Shown here in pieces: positions 1 through 7,739 of a stretch of 14,985 nt of DNA (its first letter is position 1; each line of letters opens with the position of its first letter). Below the pieces are notes generated by a model. That model made no database searches. It was given only the letters and a program-made list of their open reading frames with translations, and was not told the origin of the DNA. Source of the stretch: Octopus sinensis (lineage: Eukaryota); NCBI RefSeq assembly GCF_006345805.1, contig NW_021825614.1:1-14985 (forward strand). Reading direction: 5' to 3'. Both the position numbers and the translations under genes were made by a program.

Positions 1-124
1 GCTAAATTACGGGGACGTAAACACAACAGCATCGGTTGTCAAGCAATGTTGGGGGGGACAAACACGAACATACAAACATACACACACACACATACACACA
101 CACACCCACACACACACACATACC

Positions 125-180
<56 letters not shown>

Positions 181-371
181 AGTAGTTGAATGAATTATCC
201 TAGTATGGATAATGGTTAACCGATACCCGGGTAGCAATTCACGTCAGAAAAACACGGTTTGAAGCTACATGCCATGCCAAGGGCAGAGATCACGTACGTT
301 CGTGGGAAATTTGTGTGTTTTTTTTAATACAAATAAATGAAAAGAATGGAGTTGAACGACGATTTAACAAA

Positions 372-469
372 ATTCTTTATTCTCGACATATGTTTCGAAG
401 ACGCATATTCCTAATTTCGAAGGAATAATGGGGCATTATGCCGCCTTCTCATCAGGAAAGACAAGGAAC
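372..469 (-). ncRNA. Type I minimal hammerhead ribozyme (Penelope pLTR-type), intact core
   Basis: The minus strand reads: tttc, CTGATGA (455-449), stem II gaaggc...gtcttc, GAAA (396-393), C-ATAT-G-TC (GUC cleavage triplet 387-385), gaga. Stem I is tttc/gaga with a weaker distal extension. Stem III is the 1-bp plus palindromic-loop form typical of Penelope-associated hammerheads. Confidence 0.8.
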
Positions 470-551
470 TTATGTCAGTATCATGATGAACAAAAACTTT
501 ATTGATGGGCAATCTCTAAAAGAGTTTTTGTTCATCATGATGCTGACATAA

Positions 552-654
552 GTTCCTTGTCTTTCCTGATGAGAAGGCGGCATAATGCACCCCTTATTCC
601 TTCGAAATTAGGAATATGCAGTCTTCGAAAAACATATGTCGAGAATAAAGGAAT
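552..654 (+). ncRNA. Mirror copy of the hammerhead ribozyme; core carries two extra A
   Basis: CTGATGA 566-572, stem II gaaggc 573-578 / gtcttc 621-626, GAAA 627-630, then AA-C-ATAT-GTC (631-640). Stem I is tttc/gaga plus ttcctt/aaggaa. Confidence 0.7.
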
Positions 655-711
655 TTTTTTAAATCGTCGTTCAACTCCATTCTTTCATTTATGTATATAT
701 ATATATTATAT

Positions 712-764
<53 letters not shown>

Positions 765-1829
765 GACGGGCTTCTTTCAGTTTCCGTCCACCAAATCCAC
801 TCACAAGGCTTTGGTCGGCCCGAAGCTACAGTAGAAGACACTTGCCCAAGGTGCCACGCAGTGGGACTGAACCCGGAACAATGCGGTTCGTAAGCAAGCT
901 ACTTACCACACCGCCACTCCAACACCTATAAAAAAATTTTTCAATCCTCTTCAATCTTCTTGAAGATTTTTTTATTTATTTATTAATATTTTTTTTTTTT
1001 TTTTGGTACTCTGTATGTACCTGTTATTATTCTTGTAAATATTAGCATTTAGAATCGATTTATTCTTTGACGCGTCTGAATTTTAATCGCAACCCTGCGA
1101 CCTGTTCACAGTCACAGTTCTACTGTAACTGTTTGGAAACTTAGTGAATGGTATGTTCTTGTAGACTACGGGCTTGTGTTCGTTTTTTTCTTGTTGAACA
1201 TACGGACATTCGCTTCTGTTGTAGGCACATTAATTATCTTTAAACTCTTGGCATCAATTGCCGTTAGTCACTTCTGCGTTGTATTCTTTTGTGAAGTTAC
1301 AATTTATTTATTTATTTGTTCGTATCATTATCACCATTCGATCTCTTTCTGCTTCTACCAATTTTTCTTCTTTATTTTCATCTCTTTTTCAATTTATGCA
1401 AATCCCGACCATTATGTAAAAATATATGCTATTTCGGGTACATTCTTCTTGTGATATAAATCTACAGTAACTAAACTTTTGCTGTGTAGATTAAATTTTA
1501 GTTTGGTCGAGTGGAGTAGAGAAAGTGTAGAATAGTAATATCGAGATGGTATCAGCAAAATCACTCTTACGTTGTCTATATTTGTATAAACTCACGCTTT
1601 GTGTATAGCTTCACATATACATACATCCACACATGTATGCACAAATAAGCAAGTATATATAAATAGATGTGTGTGCATGTGTGCGTGAGTGTGTATATAA
1701 TCACGTACATATACGCGTGTGTATATATATATACATACGCACATAAGCGTCTTTGTGTATGAAACTAATGTAAGTGGAGTATGGTGAGAAAAACATAGGC
1801 ACTTCTAGTGCGTGGCGAATTTGTGTTAC

Positions 1830-2845
1830 ACCATCCGAACGTCCGTTTGAGATTAGACTCGTGTTCCTTTATACAAAATGATTCAGTTACTTTCATTGAG
1901 GCGTGTTGTTATAATGTCTACACTAAGTCCCTTTTGTCTCGAACCATTGCGCTTATTTAATGTATGTTGATAAGTTTAAGGACTAGGTTTCTTTTCAGCG
2001 TACTTATCCCAATACTCCTTGAGTCTTTCACTAATACTTCGAGTGGTCTCTACAATATAGGTTTCAAAGTGATTGAAAATGAATCCCCCTTGCCAACATA
2101 TACGATCTTTCTAATCTTGCAGCTGGCATGTGGGTTTGTGGAACGTATTTTATCGACAATTTCCACAGGTGTCTCTATCAACAGAATAACACATATACAT
2201 GACTATGGAATAATTTGTGGGAAATTCAACTGCTATCTTTTAAAGGTCAATCGATTACTTAGAGAATCCCTGATTGATAACGGTAGCCATAATAGAAAAT
2301 TTAGTGGTGTATTCGCCGTGATGGCGGTGGTTGTGTCTGCTACTGTATCATGTAAACCAGTACAACGAAATGAAAGTTACAAGGTTGAGATGGGGACTCA
2401 GGAAAATTACAGAGGTCACGCGACGCGAGCAAAGTTTTTGTATTCAGCGATCGAAAGTATGAATAGTACGACCGAATGAAGCTCCAGGGTTAGATGTGGA
2501 AGTCGATCGTATTGGGAACCTCGACTGGTTGGGATTGCTTGCGCAACCGCGTAAAAGGAAAATGATAATGATGAGGAGGACAATTGTTGAGAAGGACGTA
2601 GTGTTCTGATATTGGTGACCGTGTCGATAATTTTGTTGTAGAGGCCGCTTTTGCTGCTCCTGTATTTGTTATCAAGCGTAGTATCAGAAGAGACCTATGA
2701 TCAAAGCGTCCCAGCCTTGAACATCCCATCTTTATTTCAGATACAGTGTATCTCTGAAATAACGAATCTTTCCAATTTTTTTTTTTTCCAAACTGAAAGT
2801 TGTCACTTTGAAGTTGTTTAGCTGTATTTCTAGCAAGTCAAGCCA
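1830..2845 (-). pseudogene. Heavily decayed Penelope-like retroelement ORF (RT fragments + GIY-YIG endonuclease)
   Basis: Minus-strand translation gives IVY (2106-2098), then after a frameshift FETYIVETTRSISERLKEY (2068-2012), matching the GIY-YIG pattern VVY..C..C...YIGETxRxLxxRxKEH. Later come YQH and IKEHESNLKRTFGW (ending ~1832), resembling the I....P.LN...G end. Upstream, weaker RT-like pieces are LQSDNFQFG (~2810) and MG(C)SRLG (2729-2709). There are many stops and frameshifts, and no YVDD is visible. Confidence 0.7.
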
Positions 2846-3031
2846 CCATATACAGGCCCTCTGTTTTTGACTCATCGATGATATTGTTATCATCGAGGAT
2901 GGCGGCGGCGGTGATTGTTGCTGGTGGCGGTGACGGTGGTTGTGTGTGGGTATAACGGTATAGATTCCTCTTGAAGTGCTCTTCATCGTTAACGTTATGT
3001 TGATTAGGAGGGAGGTAACGAAAGAATAAAA

Positions 3032-3190
3032 CACACACACACACACACACACACAAAACACACAACAAAAAACAAATTAAACACACAAAGTAATCACCAC
3101 GTAAAAACCAACTACAAAAACGATAAGAGCAACAACAACAACAACAAGAACGACAACAACAGTAACAGCAACAACAATAACAGTAATAAA
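3032..3190. repeat. (CA)n and (ACA)n simple repeats
   Basis: Directly visible in the sequence. Confidence 0.9.
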
Positions 3191-3317
3191 ACCAGTTTCG
3201 TCCAGTTTTAATCTGTATGCCGGGTGAGGAAAAGGGTGGATATACCGTTTTATTGAAACTAGGATAGTTTTATTACTTTTTGCATTAATCAAGCGAAGCC
3301 GAAACTTAAGTAGGAGT

Positions 3318-3778
3318 ATGTATGCTTGTACGTGTATGTATATGCATTTATATATACATATACATACACATATACATATACATGAGTATATATATATATG
3401 TACGTGTGGTGTGTGTTTGTATATGTATATAATTATATATATATATATATATATATCTATTATATATATATATTATACATACACCACACACACACATATA
3501 TATATGTATTTACATGTGTGTGTGTTTGTATGTATGTATGTATGTACCTATGTATATATATATATATATATATATGCACAGACATATTTAATACATACAT
3601 GTGTGCATACGCGTGCACAAACGCGTACACATTCATACACACGCATACATATTTATATATATATATATACATATAATACATATTATATATATATATATAT
3701 ATATACATATATAAATATATAAATATATTATATGCATCTATATATATACATATACATACATATATATATATATAATAC

Positions 3779-3831
<53 letters not shown>

Positions 3832-3912
3832 TATAGTACCTATATGCATACATGTATACGAATAAACGAGTGTATGTTTATATGTATGCGTATGTGTGTG
3901 TATGTGTGTGTG
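3318..3912. repeat. Compound (TA)n/(TG)n/(TACA)n microsatellite field
   Basis: Directly visible; it accounts for the YIYI-type ORFs in the track. Confidence 0.95.
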
Positions 3913-4057
3913 TTAGAGTGAACAAACAAATAAACGCAGAAAAAACACAAACACAAGTATATACACAAACACACGCATACACAAAAAACCTATCATGTGT
4001 TTAAATATCTTTAGCTTCAACAAAGAACAAACAAAGACACTAACAGCAAAATTTTCA

Positions 4058-4111
4058 CCGCCGCTACCACCACCACCACCACCACCACCAATACCGCCGC
4101 CGCCGCCGCCA
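4058..4111. repeat. (CCA)n/(CCG)n trinucleotide repeat
   Basis: Directly visible in the sequence. Confidence 0.9.
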
Positions 4112-4409
4112 CGACAGTATAAAACATCAAATAATTTATCGATGATCCTATGTTGTTACAAAATGAAGAAAAAACAAAATCGCTCACCATTTTCTGATTC
4201 TAAGAGTAGTGGGGTAGACGCAAGTGAAGTGGTAAGTTATTGCTTTGTATGTTCTAGGTGGTGAAACCCATCTGTGAGCTTTTTTTTTTTTTTTTTTTTT
4301 TAAGGGGTTTCGGTTAAACCCTATATATATATATATATTTTGTTGTTATTAAACTTTAATTTTTATGCCTTACTGAAATTAATCTCAATCTCGTGGTAGT
4401 TCTTGGTCT

Positions 4410-4648
4410 GATTGTTATTGTTGTTGTTCTTATTGTTGGTGTTGTTGTTCTTATTATTGTTGTTGTTATTATTGTCGTCGTTGTTGTTGTTGTTAGTGGT
4501 GGTGGTGGTGGAGGAGGAGGTGTTGGTATTGTTAATGTTGTTGTTAGTGTTGTTCTTGTTGTTTTGCGTCTTCGACTTACTTTTTTTTATGTTGGTGCAT
4601 CTTGTTTCTTTAATGATTGTGCAGATAAAAGTGATTGAGATGATGATG

Positions 4649-4680
<32 letters not shown>

Positions 4681-4910
4681 GGTGATGATGATGATGACGG
4701 TAATGATGGATGTGGTGTTCCTAAAGTGACGTGCACAACCACTGCACGAGTGCATGTGTATCCACACTCACTGACACACACGTTCACACACACATACACA
4801 CGAACACAAGCACACATACACACTCACACACGTTTACACACACGCACACATTCATATACAAACGCGCATCCACACACACACATACACACACACATGCACA
4901 TATGCACACA
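4410..4910. repeat. Compound (TTG)n/(GTG)n/(GAT)n trinucleotide repeats followed by degenerate (CA)n
   Basis: Directly visible; it accounts for the poly-L/V/M/N/H-T ORFs. Confidence 0.93.
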
Positions 4911-5065
4911 CCAACCAATTTAAATACACATAAACCTCAAGAACTATCATCATTGAAACAAAAGAGGATTGCCACTTTGTTAATGACAGGTTCGGACTCT
5001 GCAAAGGAAAAGAAAATATTAAAAGTCTCTTAAAGAATAACACATATAAGCACATACATACATCA

Positions 5066-5185
5066 TTTTACGAGGATCCACTTTACGAGATCATGATTTT
5101 ACGAGCTTTTACAAGTCACATTTTTTGTTTACGAGATTTCGCTTTACGAGCGTTCTCCGGGAACGAATTAACTCGTATATCGAGT
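5066..5185 (+). mobile_element. Tigger/pogo-like (Tc1/mariner superfamily) subterminal remnant with truncated terminal inverted repeat
   Basis: TTTACGAG is repeated at 5067, 5082, 5098, 5128 and 5143 (variant at 5108). It is followed by ggaacgaattaactcgtatatcgag, resembling recalled pogo/Tigger ends (...GAATTAAACTCGTAAxxCGAGGTACCACTG); the terminal bases are missing. Confidence 0.55.
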
Positions 5186-5199
5186 CATATATACATGCA

Positions 5200-5230
<31 letters not shown>

Positions 5231-5235
5231 CATAC

Positions 5236-5613
5236 ATACATACATACATACATAACTCTTTGAAATTCAAAGAAAAAGAGGATATCTATGGACACTGCTT
5301 CGAAACCTCCAGCTCCTATATCCAGACTATGAATTCATATTCATATCAGTAATAATTGGAGCACAAGGTTTTGTTAGTAAATGCTTAAATGAGAATCTGG
5401 ATAAACTGGGATTTTCAGAAAGAGAAATCGGCCGGCTAATTCGTACATTACAAGTGCAATCTGTGACTGGGACAGTAAAAATATGTAAGACTTTTCTCAG
5501 GTTCCAAATGTGAATTTGTCTGTGTTAACTACATCCCAAGGATGGAGCCTTGTATCTTTGTTGGAAACTGGCTCTTCACTCAGTGGAAGATTTATAATAA
5601 TTAAAAAATAAAA
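5236..5613 (+). mobile_element. R4/Dong-like non-LTR retrotransposon, 5'-truncated 3' end (C-terminus of the REL endonuclease region + 3'UTR)
   Basis: With one frameshift it translates as LKFKEKEDIYG/LLRNLQLLYPDYEFIFISVIIGAQGFVSKCLNENLDKLGFSEREIGRLIRTLQVQSVTGTVKICKTFLRFQM* (stop 5511-5513). This fits the R4-clade C-terminus EKxxxY..L..L.....PIIIGALG.V.K.L...L..LG.....LQ.....GT..I.R. A ~100-nt 3'UTR ends A-rich, and both flanks are (TACA)n-like. Confidence 0.8.
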
Positions 5614-5756
5614 GATATACATTCATACATATGTACATACATAAATTACATGAATTGCTTGCTTGTTGCAGTCTAAATTGCAACGAAGGAGTCTTGAGTT
5701 TGAAGCTGGGTTTTTTTTCTCTGTTGGTGAGTAATTTGAAGAATAAAACCGGAAAA

Positions 5757-6136
5757 TGTGCACACAGGCAGCGTAGTAAGAAACTTAATTCCCAACCATA
5801 TGGTTCCTAGTTCAGTCCCACTGCAAATACTTCTGCTCAATCTCGGGCCCACCAATGCGTTGTGAGTGGATTTGACTGACGGTAACTAAAAGAAGCCCGT
5901 CGGAGATATGTATATGTACGTGTGTTTCTGTGACAGTTTTTGCTCCTCACCTCCGCTTGACAACCGGTATCGGTGTATTTCCGTCTCCGTAAATTTGCAG
6001 TTCGACGAAAGAGGCTGATAAAATAAATACCAGGCTTGCAAAGGTACTGCAGGATCGATTCCTTCGACTAAAAGTTCCTCAAGGCGATGCCCCAGCATGG
6101 CCGCAGTCCAATGACTGACACAAGTAAAGAATAAAG
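5757..6136 (+). mobile_element. tRNA-derived SINE, family A, older diverged full-length copy
   Basis: It has a degenerate A-box and the B-box agttcagtccc (~5809-5819), then gtgagtggatttg...aagaagcccgtcg and the tail ccccagcatggccgcagtccaatgactgacacaagtaaaga. It is colinear with the reverse complement of 8574-8991. Confidence 0.88.
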
Positions 6137-6147
6137 ACACTCTCACC

Positions 6148-6470
6148 GAAAATGAAGGACGACTTCTTCGGGATCTTTAGTTTCTATTCGTAGATTATAC
6201 ATTCACATTTATACCAATAATAATTGATGCCGTTAGTTTTGATTGAAAATGTCGAAGTGACAATCTAGATAAGCTGGGGTTTTCATTAAAAGACAACAAC
6301 TTGTTAACAAATACTATTTTTGCGCGGAACAGTAAAAATATACAAGACTTTTGTCAAATTTAAAATGTGATATTATTTTTGTTATCTCCGATCCAACGTT
6401 GGAGCTTTGTATCTTTGTTACAAACCAGCTCTTTACTTACAGGAAGTCTTTAAATAATTAAAAATAGAAG
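6148..6470 (+). mobile_element. Second, more decayed 3' end of the same R4/Dong-like LINE
   Basis: It translates as GRLLRDL*FLFVDYTFTFIPIIIDAVSFD*KCRSDNLDKLGFS...GTVKIYKTFVKFKM* (stop 6368-6370). The 3'UTR aligns with 5514-5610. Confidence 0.8.
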
Positions 6471-6496
6471 AGAACATATATATATGTATATACATG

Positions 6497-6900
6497 CAGC
6501 ATCACAAATGCCTTGTCTACGACCGGAAGATTTACAGTGGAAATATCCAGAATGTTAAGAAACAGCTGGGTCTAATTACATTTTCATCTGATACTGAAAT
6601 GGAATTTGGCCAAAAGAAACGTACATGCTTGATAGATGAACGTGGGAAAACTGTTTACCGGACCGAAAACTTTTACTTCAACGGTCTCCCTCTCTCTATT
6701 TCCTTTTAACGCAAGTAATGAGTGATACAAATACGTTGGTATTGATGGAAATGTACCATAGAAAGTTTATGGATCTAAGAAAGAGTGACCAAAAACGCAT
6801 CACAGCTGTCTTTTGAAACATGGCTGCGGAGCTTTCCGTTTCGAAATAAACAAGGCATTTGTTGTAGCAGCATTAGTATCTACATTTAGAATATTTAGTT
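6497..6900 (+). pseudogene. R4/Dong-like reverse transcriptase fragment (catalytic motif through thumb), decayed
   Basis: VYDRKIY corresponds to a degenerate (F/Y)xDDLKLY, and FSSDTEMEFGQKK..ERGK to FSxDIGMxFGxxKC...RGK. YKYVGIDGN (~6737-6763) corresponds to YKYLGI. Then come RVTK, AELS and AFVVAALVSTFRIFS, resembling the R4 thumb (ELS..NK..A.N.FAVP.L...FGI..W). Confidence 0.78.
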
Positions 6901-7008
6901 AATAACAACAATAATAACATCAACATTAATGATACTAATAACAACAGCAACAACAATGTTGACAATAACAATAACAAGAACAACAGCAGCAACAACACTA
7001 ATAATAAT
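6901..7008. repeat. (AAT)/(AAC)n degenerate trinucleotide repeat
   Basis: Directly visible in the sequence. Confidence 0.9.
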
Positions 7009-7219
7009 ACTTTCTAATTTTGGTTGAAGGCCAACAATTTTGAGGGGATGGGGAAGCCGATCATATCGACCCCGTGGTTAACAAGTACTTGCTGTATCGA
7101 CATCGAAAGTATAAAAGGTAAACTCGACCTCAGTAGTATTGGAACTTGGAACGTAAAGCCAGAAGAAATACTTCTAAGAATTTTGTGCGACGTGATAACG
7201 ATTCTGCCAGCTCACCGCT

Positions 7220-7220
<1 letters not shown>
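7008..7220 (-). mobile_element. tRNA-derived SINE, family B, monomer
   Basis: On the minus strand the head is aagcggtgagctggcagaatcgtt (A-box), the B-box-like sequence is agttccaatac, and the central motif is gaggtcgagtttaccttttatactttcgatgtcgata. It is colinear with 7500-7672 and 12470-12680. Confidence 0.85.
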
Positions 7221-7261
<41 letters not shown>

Positions 7262-7287
7262 TAATAATATAATAATAATAATAATAA
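7221..7287. repeat. (AAT)n microsatellite
   Basis: Directly visible in the sequence. Confidence 0.97.
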
Positions 7288-7672
7288 TCTTTTCTGCTAT
7301 AGCCACAAGACCCGAAATTTTGGGGGAGGGGGCCAGTCGATTAGATCGTTCCTAGTACGCAACTAGACCCAAAAAAGATGAAAAGCAAAGTCGACCTCGA
7401 CAGAATTTTAAATCAGCACGTAAAAACAGGCGAAATACCTATTTCTTTACTACCCACAAGGGGTTAAACACAGAGCGGACAAACAAGGACAGACAAACGG
7501 ATTAAGTCGATTATTTCGACGCCAGTGCGTAGCTGGTACTTAATTTATCGACCCCGAAAGGATGAAAGGCAAAGTCCGCCTCGGCAGAATTTGAACTCAG
7601 AACGTAACGGCAGATGAAATACGGCTACGCATTTCGCCCGGCGTGCTAACGTTTCTGCCAGCTCGCCGTCTT
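7288..7672 (-). mobile_element. tRNA-derived SINE, family B, dimeric arrangement (full monomer 7672-7441 + head-less monomer 7440-7288)
   Basis: A-box tggcagaaacgtt (7660-7648) and B-box gttcaaattc (7596-7587). The block gatgaaaggcaaagtc..cctcg.cagaattt occurs twice, at ~7377-7410 and ~7561-7592. Confidence 0.85.
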
Positions 7673-7674
7673 CG

Positions 7675-7739
7675 TAATAATAATGTTAATCATAATAATG
7701 ATGATGATGATGATGATGATGTTGATGACGACGACGACA
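7675..7739. repeat. (AAT)/(GAT)/(GAC)n trinucleotide repeat
   Basis: Directly visible in the sequence. Confidence 0.9.

Larger units (their letters stand above)
327..696. repeat. Long inverted repeat (arms ~327-498 and ~523-696, ~24-nt loop)
   Basis: The arms are direct reverse complements, e.g. gaatggagttgaacgacgattt (344-365) vs aaatcgtcgttcaactccattc (661-682), and caaaaact (491-498) vs agtttttg (523-530). The few differences are mostly 1-2 nt indels. Confidence 0.97.
1..927 (-). mobile_element. tRNA-derived SINE, family A (octopus-type), 3' end outside window, split by an insertion at ~178-696
   Basis: On the minus strand there is an A-box TGGCGGTGTGGT (905-916) and a B-box GGTTCAGTCCC (863-873), followed by ACCTTGGGCAAGTG. 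Segments 1-80 and 762-920 are colinear and highly similar to the uninterrupted copy at 8719-8985, and the internal CA/TA microsatellite is in the same place. Confidence 0.9.

Noticed and set aside
190-250. Third hammerhead on the minus strand (ctgacgt-gaattg...taattc)
   Set aside because: The core is CUGACGU rather than CUGANGA, and no GAAA follows the stem.
499-524. Hairpin as a long-read fold-back or adapter artefact (the loop contains atctctaaaagag, and arm differences are mostly indels)
   Set aside because: The sequence resumes colinearly in the host SINE after the right arm, which a simple fold-back read would not do. Polishing errors within the arms, including the two extra A at 631-632, remain possible.
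1069-1131. Cluster of small hairpins (gacgcgtc; tcgc-aaccct-gcga; acagtcacag-ttcta-ctgtaactgt)
   Set aside because: The stems are short and could arise by chance; no recognisable RNA family or element end.
1964-2479. 171-aa plus-strand ORF
   Set aside because: It has no recognisable domain and lies antisense to the decayed Penelope-like GIY-YIG region.
3318-5055. Many overlapping low-complexity ORFs (YIYI, poly-L/V/N/M, HTHT), and likewise at 9251-12243
   Set aside because: They are translations of stop-free microsatellites.
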